A stretch of 64,000 nucleotides of DNA from Naegleria gruberi. Taxonomy: Eukaryota. The notes under the pieces are model-generated. The model was not told the DNA's origin. It saw only the letters and a list, made by a program, of their open reading frames with translations, and made no database searches. Numbering within the stretch: the first letter of the stretch is position 1; every line of letters begins with the position of its first letter. The DNA is taken from assembly GCA_000004985.1 (NCBI GenBank), contig GG738868.1. One strand, 5' to 3'. This document shows, one piece after another, positions 37,193-47,800 of this stretch. A program made the position numbers and the translations under genes.

Positions 37193-38665
37193 TCAAAACT
37201 TAATATCGATCTTTGGGAACAATTCTTTTAAAGTTTCCCTATCTTCATATCCTAACATTCTTGTTACAACAATTTTTTGTAGATTTGTAAAGGACTTGCA
37301 AACATCATCATTACAGTATTTGAGTGATGGAAAATTACATTTCAACAGTGAAACAGAGTTGAAAGAAGATGAGTTAAATAATGTTTCATAGAATTCTAGT
37401 GGTTCATGATACCAATGCCTAATATTTAAATTAAGCTCTTGCACAGTTAGAGCAGCTCTGAAATTTCCAAACAATTCATTTTGAGTGCAATCCAATGACA
37501 ACTTGTGTAAACTGAGACAGTTAGGTAAAAACCAACCAAAGTTGTCACAGCTTGAAATAGAAAGGTTGGTCAGTGATCTATTTGAATCCACAGTCCCCTT
37601 CCTTGATGCAGTGTTAGATTTCGAATCGCGAACCGAAAGTGTGGTTAAAATAGGACAGTTTCCTGAAAATAGTATGCTTTCAATAACAAATGAATCTAGA
37701 ACAATATTTGACAGAGAAAGAGAGCATAGCTTTGAAAATTGAACTGAAAAAACATTATCACCTGGTATATTAAGGTAGGAAAGACGTACCAAAGTGGAAG
37801 CATTCTGTTGTATGAAGCTCTTGATATTGAGGTATGAATCAAATGTTCGACAGTAGTCTAGTTCTAAGGATTCCAGCTTTCTACATGAGGATGTGAACTT
37901 TTCAGTTCCTTTGCAGCGAGCATAATGTCTTATAAAATTCATTTTGAGGTGTTTCAAATTTCTGGTGGCCCTTCCTGAAAGGAGAGTTGAAAAATATCCT
38001 TCACAATGGTCTAAATCTAATTTTGTAATGTTTTTCATGTATTTGCTTTGTGAAAAGTGGTTTGCTGCATATTCATTGATTTCTGAGACTGACAAATCAA
38101 GGCTTTTCAAATTCCTCATCCTTCTCGAGCTTGCAAGAGCTGCCAAAGCATGGCCACTAAAGTGTCGCAATTCCAGACGAGTAATATTTCTTGAGTGTAT
38201 GTAGCTAAGCATGCAATTCACTCTAGTTTCATTGATAAGACATCTCTTTAAACCTATCAAAGACACTTCCAAGTTACCAACTACTTTCAGATTTGATCTA
38301 AACGTCTTGGAGACTAATTGAACCGAATGTACCATCTCGGAAGTAGGAATGTAGCTGAAGATTTCTCCCCAAATATCAGAATTGAGTCTGTCCCAAATTT
38401 TCCATCTCCTACTAGCATTAAACTTCATCACGAAATACTCCACATTTCCAACAAACTCATTCACCATTTCAAAATTATCCAAATAGTATTGAAAATCAAG
38501 AGTATCAGCCTTTCTAATCATATCCAACATTCCATCGTTAATCAAACTCATCTTGTTGTATGCTTCATCCTTCTCAACCAAGGCTAACTTTTGAGGCTGT
38601 TCATCTTCGGTTGAGTGTTGCTGAAACTTTCTCTTCTTTGTTGTCGAAGAAAGCTTTCGAGTCAT
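37193..38665 (-). CDS. F-box/LRR-repeat protein
   Basis: 490-aa single exon. F-box (WDRLNSDIWGEIFSYIPTSEMVHSVQLVSKTFRSNLK) followed by leucine-rich repeats (LKSLDLSVS..., ITKLDLDHCEGY..., LESLELDYCRTF...). Confidence 0.65.
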   Translation of the reverse strand: MTRKLSSTTKKRKFQQHSTEDEQPQKLALVEKDEAYNKMSLINDGMLDMIRKADTLDFQYYLDNFEMVNEFVGNVEYFVMKFNASRRWKIWDRLNSDIWGEIFSYIPTSEMVHSVQLVSKTFRSNLKVVGNLEVSLIGLKRCLINETRVNCMLSYIHSRNITRLELRHFSGHALAALASSRRMRNLKSLDLSVSEINEYAANHFSQSKYMKNITKLDLDHCEGYFSTLLSGRATRNLKHLKMNFIRHYARCKGTEKFTSSCRKLESLELDYCRTFDSYLNIKSFIQQNASTLVRLSYLNIPGDNVFSVQFSKLCSLSLSNIVLDSFVIESILFSGNCPILTTLSVRDSKSNTASRKGTVDSNRSLTNLSISSCDNFGWFLPNCLSLHKLSLDCTQNELFGNFRAALTVQELNLNIRHWYHEPLEFYETLFNSSSFNSVSLLKCNFPSLKYCNDDVCKSFTNLQKIVVTRMLGYEDRETLKELFPKIDIKF

Positions 38666-38844
38666 TTTTTTTTACAGAAAACAAGCCTTAAAACACAAGC
38701 AACCACAGCAAAGACTCTCTAATTATAAGAGTCAATCAGACATTGTGCTTATGTTGTATTCCAAGTAATCTTGATATTTGTGAAATCTATTGAAAGAGTT
38801 ATTGACACATAATTTTAATAATTTGTGTGTATCAAAATTCTGAT

Positions 38845-40302
38845 TTACTTTTTCTTTCTATCAAACTTTTCAGCAAGAATTCTCTCAGTATTTCTATCAG
38901 GTTTAACTGGGAATTTGCTGTAGAATAGGGCTGCTTTATCAAAACAACCAGAACGAATGTAACATAGCAGTAATGAGTTGCAAATTCTCAATTTTCCATC
39001 ATTGTCCATGGTTTCATCGTAGTATTTACGATAGAAAGCCTCTCCAAGATCTGCCTTCTTTACGAGAGCCAATGCATAAATAATATTGTGAAGGTTTCTA
39101 GTGTTAATTCTCTGTTGTTGCTCCAATTCTTGAATGTACATCATGAGATTTTCAACTCTATCTAGGGCTGCAAAACTTTGAACGAAATATCTAATGAAAA
39201 TGTAGTGATATTTTTCTTTGAATTTTCTAATATTGTTGTAAACTTCAATGACTTGCTCGTATTTTCTGGCATTGAAGAAATGGTGAACTAGTTTAGTATC
39301 GATGAATTCATTCGATTTCACACCAAAGTAATTCATTACTTTGAGGAGACTCTCGAATTTTTGTTCATCCTTAGTGTTGTGATAGGTTGAAAGCATGGTA
39401 ACGATAGTTCTTTGATTAGGTATCACACCTATTGGGCTTTTGATTATTCCCTTCTTCTTTTCAGAATCAAATTCTTCCAATTTTTCTCCTAAAATATACT
39501 GGTTGAAATAATGTTCAACCTTGTCGTATTGACCTGCATTGAAGAAACACGAAAGGAGAGCATTTACCAATTCGGTATCAATAAATTTGTGTTGGGCATT
39601 ATCAGATTGTTGAATAGCTTCTTGGAAAGTTGACTCTGCCTTTTCAATATCTCCAACTTTGAAATAGGCATCCAAGAGAAGAGAATAAGTGTAATTATTT
39701 GGTGCCATCTTTTGCCTCAAAAGTGAAACAACCTTCTCCACATTTCCAATACTTCTCTGTTTTGAATAGAGTAAAATCATGCAATTACAAATATGAATGT
39801 CAGGATACTTGATTTGTGAAAATATTTGTTCAGCCTTTTCAACATTTCCTTCATATGCATAAGCTTTTAATAATTCTGTCAAATTGAAAGAATCTGGATG
39901 TTGAATCTTTTCAAAAGTCTTTTCAACTTTAGAATAATTACATTTCTTTGTATAAAAACTCATAATAATATTATAAATATGATTGTCATATCTTTCCGAT
40001 GGGAATAAACCCAAATAATGTTCAAATTCACTTTCCGACAAGTTATTAATACGAGATTTTTCCTTCAAAATCCTAGTAAATTCCTTTATCGACAGGGTTT
40101 CATCCTGTTGTTGTGCAGATGATCGATTCTTAAAACTTCCACCCTCCAGAGTATTATTAACATTTTTATAAAATCCTCTCATAGTGATGATATTATGATT
40201 GAAGATTGAATTTCCGAGCAATGAAAATACACTATTCTTTGATTTTACAGACGATAATTGTCTCTCAGATGAGAGAAGCAATCGTTTCACTTGTTGTTTC
40301 AT
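38845..40302 (-). CDS. Pentatricopeptide/TPR-like helical repeat protein (probably organellar)
   Basis: 485 aa with repeated roughly 35-aa helical hairpins (LLKAYAYEGNVEKAEQIFSQIKYPD, YTYSLLLDAYFKVGDIEKAESTFQEAIQ). Confidence 0.5.
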   Translation of the reverse strand: MKQQVKRLLLSSERQLSSVKSKNSVFSLLGNSIFNHNIITMRGFYKNVNNTLEGGSFKNRSSAQQQDETLSIKEFTRILKEKSRINNLSESEFEHYLGLFPSERYDNHIYNIIMSFYTKKCNYSKVEKTFEKIQHPDSFNLTELLKAYAYEGNVEKAEQIFSQIKYPDIHICNCMILLYSKQRSIGNVEKVVSLLRQKMAPNNYTYSLLLDAYFKVGDIEKAESTFQEAIQQSDNAQHKFIDTELVNALLSCFFNAGQYDKVEHYFNQYILGEKLEEFDSEKKKGIIKSPIGVIPNQRTIVTMLSTYHNTKDEQKFESLLKVMNYFGVKSNEFIDTKLVHHFFNARKYEQVIEVYNNIRKFKEKYHYIFIRYFVQSFAALDRVENLMMYIQELEQQQRINTRNLHNIIYALALVKKADLGEAFYRKYYDETMDNDGKLRICNSLLLCYIRSGCFDKAALFYSKFPVKPDRNTERILAEKFDRKKK

Positions 40303-40747
40303 TTTTTTGAATTGAATTTCACCATAATTGGTTGTTTGAAAAAGGAAAATTTGTTCAGTGGTTCTTAAGAGGATTACTTTGATAAATAATTAGAGTATTT
40401 CTCTTTTGCTTCTTTTATTATTTGATAAAATTAATATCAAATTTAATTTAATTTCCAATAATAATATTTTGTTGAAATAAAGAAAATTGGTTACCACTTT
40501 AATTTATGTTCTACCAGAGAGGCATTTCATTAAAGAAATTGGATAATACACACAAATCATCATACCTCCAACTCTTGATTAATTTGAAGGTAACACGATC
40601 TCAGAGTGAACATCTTCAACTCCTTCATACTACCTCCAGCAGCCGATGAAGAGAGAAGCATCATCTTCCGAATGCACTCATCATACAACACAGATAAATA
40701 ATTTACAAAAAATAATTTAAAAAAAATAAAGCGTTTTATCTACCTCC

Positions 40748-42065
40748 ATGATGAGACCAACAAACACTGGCGACAAGCCAAATCCTCCTCCACAACCACA
40801 AGGAACTCCCTATGTTGGAAGTAAAATTAGTTTAATTTCCAAGAGCGACATTCGTTATGAAGGTATTTTGTACAATGTTGATACTGTATCTAGTACCGTA
40901 GCTTTGAGAGATGGTATGTAAAATAATTTGATAACGACGTCATATTAACCCAACACTTGTATTTGTTATTGTATTAATGATATTTATATTGATCAAATAT
41001 ATATATTAATATTATATCATATGATTTTGTATTAAACAAATAATAGTTAAAATGTTTGGTACTGAAGGAAGAAGACAAGGAGACCAAATTCCACCTCTTG
41101 ATAAGATCTATCCTTTCATCATCTTTAAAGGAAGTGATATTAAGGATCTTACTGTATGTGAACCTCCACAACAAACTCCTCCAGTTCAACCTCCAAGACC
41201 TCAACAAGGAGGAGAAACTGGTTCTCAACCACCTTCAATGGGAACTTTCCCACCTCAACCTGTTAATCAACCAGGCGGTAATATGCCAGGTATGATGCCA
41301 CCAAATCCAGGAATGATGCCTCCAAATATGCCACCTTACATGAATCCATACTTTAATCCATATATGCCGTATGGAAATCCAATGGGATTCAATCCTGGTA
41401 TGATGCCACCTAATGCTATGGTTAACATGCCACCTAAAAATCAACCTCCAGTTAATCAACCAACCCAACAACCTTCTCAACCAACAACTCAACAAAGACC
41501 AACTACAAATGGTCCAGTAGTAGGAGCTAAGTCAACACAAGTTTTAGAACAACCAAAAGTAACACCAACAATTGATACTGTTCAACAACAACCACAACAA
41601 GTAGTTGAAGAAGTTAAGCCAACCCCAATCACTCCAACAACCCCTGTTGTTTCAATCACAACAAGCACTGACAAAAAGCCAACAACACCAACCAGTGCTA
41701 CTAACGGAAAGAAGGACAAGAAATTTTTCGATGACGAATTTGATATTCAAGCTAACCTTCAAAAGCTTGACAAGTCTGTAATTGCTAAAGAATTGGAAGA
41801 AAAGCAAATTCACAAAGGATACGATAGACAAATTGGATTCTTTGATACTATCAGTCGTGAAAGTGATGAAAAGAAAAACAGAAGAACAAAACAAGAAAGA
41901 CAAGAACAACAAAGAGTTGATTTGGAAACTTTTGGTGAAACAGTGTCAAATGGTAATGGAATGCCAAGCGGTAGAGGAAGAGGAAGAGGAGGTTACCGAG
42001 GAGGATCTAGAGGATCGAGAGGAGGTAGAGGTGCTTCAAGCAGAGGAGGATATTCTCAAAGGTGA
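40748..42065 (+). CDS. Lsm14/Scd6/RAP55-like mRNP protein (Lsm domain, FDF motif, RGG tail)
   Basis: Exon 1 at 40748-about 40913 ([12 protein letters not shown]...[34 protein letters not shown]). Intron about 133 nt (GTATGT...AATAG). Exon 2 at about 41047-42065 ([34 protein letters not shown]), with the FDF motif [17 protein letters not shown] and a C-terminal RGG box. Confidence 0.8.
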
Positions 42066-42174
42066 ACTGATTAATCTTTTTGCAATAAATTATTTTTGAA
42101 GATCGACGATTAGAATAGTTGGAATTTAGTTGGAGGACTAAGAAGAATAGTTGATACGCGAAAATAAATTATTT

Positions 42175-42917
42175 TTAATGTAAAAGTAATCCTTTGGCAA
42201 CTTCTTCACTAGCATGCTTACTATCCAAAACTTCAATCAATTTAACACCAAAGTGAATTGCAGTAAAAGGACCTAATATGTTTGGTATTATTGAGTTAAT
42301 AAAGATGACACTTATTCATATTAGCTTACCTTGTGATGTTACAACATTCTTCTCCACAACAACCTTTTCATCCACAAATTCATGAGAGTTGGTAAGTTTA
42401 TCTTTAAGTGAAGGATAACAAGTAACCTAATGTTTCACCGTAAATAAATTAAAATAAATTCACTCAACTGATCAAATAAGCTTACCTTAGAAATACCAGC
42501 CAAAATCTTATGTTTTGAGAAAACCAAAGCTGGACTAGCACAAATAGCAGCACAAATCTTATCAGAATGTCTCTGTTTAACCAATCTATGCAACAATAAT
42601 TCATTGGCAGCAAATGTCTCTGCTCCTTTCATTCCTCCAGGTAAAACAATAGCATCAAACTCTTTATCAGCAACACTTTGATCAAAATGAACATCAGCTT
42701 CCAATTTGACATTTCTTGATCCGAGAACTTTGAGTGAATGATCATGTGAATCATTTGAAACTTTGGCTACTAATACATTGAATTTTGCTCTTCTAAGAAC
42801 ATCAATCACTGTGACTGATTCCATTCTATTATAATTTTGTTAAACAATTAAATAATTAGATTATTAAATTACATACTCTTCAGAACCATCAGCAATACAA
42901 AACAATACTTGAACCAT
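42175..42917 (-). CDS. DJ-1/PfpI family protein (PARK7-like)
   Basis: Four exons (42877-42917, 42486-42825, 42330-42426, 42175-42272) with introns of 51, 59 and 57 nt. Protein MVQVLFCIADGSEEMESVTVIDVL...AIVLPGG...ICAAICASPALVF...PFTAIHFGVKLIEVL. The conserved nucleophile-elbow Cys is present. Phases are consistent. Confidence 0.8.
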
Positions 42918-43141
42918 TTTTTTTAATTATTGTTACATTAATCTTTCCAGTTTCATAAAAAGACATTATATTAATATGTTCATTGGAATTTCTATCCACA
43001 ATTTGAATGTGTTTTCAGTCTCCTTAAGCTTCATCATCACCCGATAATTTAATAATTAATAAATGTGCGATGATGAAAAAATTGAATGTGTTACGACAAA
43101 AATAAAAAATTCGAATCAAACAATAAAAAATATAAGCAACG

Positions 43142-43713
43142 ATGAGACTAGTGAGGTAGGTTTTTTCCATCATCATTATTAATTTTAATATGTGTATTTT
43201 CATAATGTTATCCTGTAATGATGATGAGTTGCGATGGAAAATTTAATGATCTTGTGGATTTTATATGCATTCTAACTTATCGGATCAATTTTGTATGATG
43301 AATAATTTAGATTTTTGATGAAACTAAGTGGTGAATCAGTAACTATAGAATTAAAGAATGGTACTGTGATTGCTGGAACTATTGTGGGTAAGTTTTTTGT
43401 TATTGGACCAATTCCGATAGATTAATAATTAATAGGAGTTGATATGAGTATGAATACACACTTGAAAGCTGTCAAGATGACACTGAAAGGAAAGAATCCA
43501 TTACCACTTGAACATATGAGTGTTAGAGGAAGTAATATTCGTTATGTAATTCTGCCAGAAACCATAAATTTAGATAATCTTTTGCAAGACACAACAGTGC
43601 ATCCAAAACCTAAGAAGAAGACTGCTGGTCAAGGACCAAAGAAAGGTGCCTTGTCAACTAGAGGTTCAGGACGAGGTGGACGTGGTGGAAGAGGAGGACG
43701 TATGCAAAAATAA
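43142..43713 (+). CDS. SMD1: Small nuclear ribonucleoprotein Sm D1
   Basis: Three exons: a 14-nt first coding micro-exon (ATGAGACTAGTGAG, about 43142-43155), about 43311-43387, and about 43436-43713. Introns of about 155 and 48 nt (GTAGGT, GTAAGT). Protein [48 protein letters not shown]... closely matches Sm D1, including the C-terminal RG repeats. Confidence 0.85.
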
Positions 43714-43923
43714 TCTAAATAACAAACACAATGTATATTTATTGAAATAATTATTCGAGGATTTCTTGTGGAAGGAAATGGATTTTATGAGATTTTGGAA
43801 CAATTTTTTTCTTGAATTAACTTTGTAAAACATGGGCTTTTCACATCGATGGTTCAACGATACTATTGGTCAATTCTTTCGACTCTAAGGCATCTCATTT
43901 TGTAATCTAGTTCAATAGTTCAA

Positions 43924-45509
43924 ATGGTTCAAAATCTCATACACAAAAGTTATTTTTACACTCAATTTCAACCAAATCAACAACTAGCTGCATGTTCAAG
44001 TGATTTGTCAACACCATCCTCAAACTTCTTGACCGTGTTGACCATTAATTTTACAACAAGCTTATTCATCAAATCTCGTTCTCAAATCTCTCTTAAAAAA
44101 ATGATCAAAGTCAAACACCACAAAACCAATACCGAATTAATCTCCTACAAGTTTCTATTGGAAAATTATGTCAAGGCAATGGATAAGGAACTCTATGAGA
44201 AGGTGATCTTCTCCAATACTAATAATAATACTAGTAATAACAATAATCAAAATGATGAAAAGAATATCATTGATAACAATTCAACTAATGATCATTTGGA
44301 TACATGTATCGGAATCATGTTGGGAATTGTATGTGGTGATTGTCTTGGATCTCCATGCGAATTTTATACTTTCAAGCAGATTAGAAGCATGTACTCGGAT
44401 GATTTGTTTTATAATATGATAACTGTGGATGAGGAGAGGGAGGCTGGTGTTTATACAGATGATACTGAAATGGTAAGTTTAGAGAATGAATTAAATTGTT
44501 TCGAATATTGGAATGAAAATAGGCATTGGCTTTAACAAGTTGTATCATTCACAAAAGAGAAATTAATGCAGATTTATTTACCAAGTTCTATGTCAAGTGG
44601 TTTAGAGATATTGGGCCTAGAAGAGGATATGGACCTGCAGTTTCCGTGATTTTAAACAAACTCTATAAGAATGAAATGACTTTCAGAGAGTCAGCCACAA
44701 GTTTTTATAAGGATGGAAGTTATGCGAATGGTGCACTGATGAGGATAGCTCCATTGGCTGCCATTTTGTTGAATTCTGAGGAGGCATTCAATGATGAGTT
44801 GATCTATCAATTGGTTTATACTGCATCCATGACTACCCATGTAAATATTGAGGCTGTGGATGCTGCATTCCTTCAAGTGAGAGCAATTATTGAGCTCGTG
44901 AAAAAGTGGAAAGGAAAATTGGATGAATTCAAACCACAAGAATTTCTCGAATGGATTATTTCCACATCCAAGAGTAAGGCCATGAGAGAAAAATTGGCAA
45001 TCTTACAGGATATTCTCTATGGGCCAAATGCTATACAAGATCCAGGAATGGACAATCTCAATGATCCTAAATCCATGACTCAAGAATACATTCAAAAAGT
45101 TGATCTATTACTGGAAAAAACAGTTGGAAATACTCAATTCGGATTTGGATTTCAAGTGAAAGCTGTGGATGCATTCTCAAATGTCTTGTTCATTTTCTTG
45201 CAATATTACAAGCATCCAGAGCAGGCAATTGTTAGAATGGCTACCATGGGAGGAGATGCTGATACCACATCAGCCATTTTGGGTGGGCTTATTGGAGCAT
45301 TGCATGGAACCAATTGGATTCCACAAAGATGGTTCGACAAGCTTGAAAATGATGGTGATTATGGAAGGGATGCAATTATTAGAATGGCTATCAGGCTCTC
45401 TAAATTGACTTTCAAATCGGAATTGAGCACGAATGATGATAAGGAAAAGCATGTCACTCTTTCTTCTGAAGACGTCGGATTTGAAAAGTTTAAAGAAAGA
45501 TTTGAATAA
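43924..45509 (+). CDS. ADP-ribosylglycohydrolase family protein (ARH/DraG-like); start codon uncertain
   Basis: Two exons: up to about 44472, then 44523-45509. Intron about 50 nt (GTAAGT...AAATAG). Junction reads YTDDTEM-ALALTSCIIH. ARH motifs GIVCGDCLGSPCEF and MGGDADTTSAILGGLIGALHG. The low-complexity N-terminal region leaves the true start anywhere between 43924 and about 44190. Confidence 0.75.
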
Positions 45510-45515
45510 ATTTTA

Positions 45516-46937
45516 TTAAGGTTTAACTGTTTCTTTGAGATGTGGTTCAATAATTGAAGAATTATCATATAATTTGCCAATGGAAGCCAAATATTCAACT
45601 TGTTGCAAGATGAGAACTGATTCCGTGAGAGAAGGTCTTGTCTTGAACAATGCATTGATCTTCTTATTGAAATGCTTCAATGAAAGATCGAGTGATTTGT
45701 CCTTGAAGTGATTTCTTTGTTGACTAATTGCCCATAATACTGGTGGGAATGTTGATTCATTTCTTAGGAAGGTTTTAACCATGTAAGAAGTGAAATCTGC
45801 ATCAATTTTGGAATAATATTCTTCAAATTTCTTACATGAATCAAGAAAATGTTCAGAATTTTCCATTTCATGCAAATCTTGCAAATCCAATAATAATTTC
45901 TCTTGAATATCTGGATCAAGAATCAAATCGAAAGATGTTCTATTTTCATGAATCCATCTACTGATAGTTTCTAACCAATTCAATGAGTTTCCAATAATAT
46001 TTGCCTTTGGAAATCTCTTTCTAGTTGCTTGATACAGTCCATCTTCAAATTGCTCAATTCTCAAATTCAACTTGCTGACATTCTTCAAAGATGGACTCAA
46101 TTTCTGAGTGAAATCCCAAACTTTTCCAAAGAATCGCTCATCTCTCTTTTCTCTTGACAATACGAAAAGAATAGGATAGGCATCCAAGTTTGGTTTCTTT
46201 ACGAGAAGTGAAACTAATTGAGTTGTTCCAGTTGGGCAATCTTGATAATTAACATCTAAACACAAGTGATCGCAATCTGAAATTCCATTCAAGACGGCAA
46301 CTTGTGCTGGACTGGAGTAGAATAAATTAAATTGAGGAGTGAATTCGAAAGTTCTTAAGAATTCTTCCTCGCTCACTGTTTTAGCGAGGGGTCCTTTGGT
46401 CAATTCGTCCAAGTTGAGTAGCTTGTCCATTTGCTTAATCTTATTTCGAGCAGATTCTACATGATTAGTTTTCACTTCAAAGCTTGGATTTCCTTTATGA
46501 AGTGGTGAAAGTTTCGAATTTAATACATTCACCACCTCATTAACATCCAAAGAATCGTCAGGATTCGAATAAAGCCAATCAAATACTTCTCTTCTCCTCT
46601 CTGGACACAATTTACCCACCTCTCCACTACCATAATACTTTGGTGGAGCATGTGAATGATCATGAGATTGCGTCCACTTGTTAAATTGAGGATAATAAAC
46701 AAGTTTTGCCTGACAACCACTATCTCTTGATTTACAATCAAATTCCATAAGGTTGGTCAACTTGGGATTTTCTTTGTAAATGAATTCATTGTATTGGAGT
46801 GTTGTGGTTTTCTTGTTGGAATGATGTTGAATTTCTGATTGATTAATGACTTGATCGTTGTGTTGGATCAAATCGTGGTAGAATTGTTTTTCAGATTTGG
46901 AAATTTCTAAAGGTTTAGCATTCACTGATTGACTCAT
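45516..46937 (-). CDS. FLYWCH zinc-finger plus MULE (Mutator-like) transposase-domain protein; transposon-derived, possibly domesticated
   Basis: 473-aa single ORF. FLYWCH-type CxC...HxH finger (EFDCKSRDSGCQAKLVYYPQFNKWTQSHDHSH). Followed by a MULE-transposase-like core (HLCLDVNYQDCPTGTTQLVSLLVKKPNLDAYPILFVLSREKRDERFFGKVWDFTQKL). No terminal inverted repeats are evident in the flanks. The 3' end is 6 bp from the convergent ARH gene. Confidence 0.55.
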   Translation of the reverse strand: MSQSVNAKPLEISKSEKQFYHDLIQHNDQVINQSEIQHHSNKKTTTLQYNEFIYKENPKLTNLMEFDCKSRDSGCQAKLVYYPQFNKWTQSHDHSHAPPKYYGSGEVGKLCPERRREVFDWLYSNPDDSLDVNEVVNVLNSKLSPLHKGNPSFEVKTNHVESARNKIKQMDKLLNLDELTKGPLAKTVSEEEFLRTFEFTPQFNLFYSSPAQVAVLNGISDCDHLCLDVNYQDCPTGTTQLVSLLVKKPNLDAYPILFVLSREKRDERFFGKVWDFTQKLSPSLKNVSKLNLRIEQFEDGLYQATRKRFPKANIIGNSLNWLETISRWIHENRTSFDLILDPDIQEKLLLDLQDLHEMENSEHFLDSCKKFEEYYSKIDADFTSYMVKTFLRNESTFPPVLWAISQQRNHFKDKSLDLSLKHFNKKINALFKTRPSLTESVLILQQVEYLASIGKLYDNSSIIEPHLKETVKP

Positions 46938-47800
46938 TTTTTTTTAATTGTGCATGTTTTTTGATATTATTTGGAATATTAACAATTTTAATATATTTGT
47001 AAATATACCTTAAAAGGAGAATCTTCTTAATTATTTAAAGAAACGTTTAATCTCAAAATTAAAATATTCTTGGAATAATTTCAACAACACCAAGCAAATT
47101 AGACAAAGAAATTAAAGTTCCATTGACTCTAAATTCGTATTGATTATCTCCTCTTTAAAAATTTTTCTAAAATTCAAAATAAAATCACTAATGAAAAACT
47201 TATACTTGTTCCTTCCCAATACGAATCAAAATAAATCATAATAATTCAAATTCATTTACTTTTTTGTTGATCCGATATGTTGTTGGATCAGTTTTTTTTG
47301 AATTGCATTGTTAAATAAAAACTCATTGTTTTCAAATCATGATTTGTTAATAATCTTAACGTTCTTCTACTTCAAATAAATATTGAACATGTTGTGTCTT
47401 CAACAAGGTCGGAATTGGTCTTCCGAAGATTTGAGACACGTTTTTGATTCTCTCTCAAAAGATTAAGCAACATTCAACATACAATTCCTTTAAGGATCCC
47501 AAGTCAACTTGATTTACTGTAAATAATCGAGAGGGCTAAAAATATTTTCAGATATGAAAATTGTTCTTCATCATTCTTTCCTTCGAATAAAATTCAAACA
47601 AATCCAGCATATTCACATGAAAACAATGAAACTCAATCTCAACTTTCAACTCTACTAACAGATTGGAGCTAATGAAAAATCTGGCTAGTTTAGCTTCTCA
47701 AGTGGAAGTTCCACTCAATCTCAACACGGAAGATTTTCCTAATCCACTCAACGGTTTGTCCAAATTAACGTTCTATTAATAAAACATCAAGCACAAAAAA

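Noticed and set aside
41056-42099. Several 79-105-aa ORFs in alternative frames or antisense over the Lsm14 gene (41056..41295, 41235..41495, 41652..41912, 41782..42099)
   Set aside because: They are by-products of the Pro/Gln/Gly-rich repetitive codon usage of the Lsm14 low-complexity region. The Lsm14 frame is the only one with domain-level similarity.
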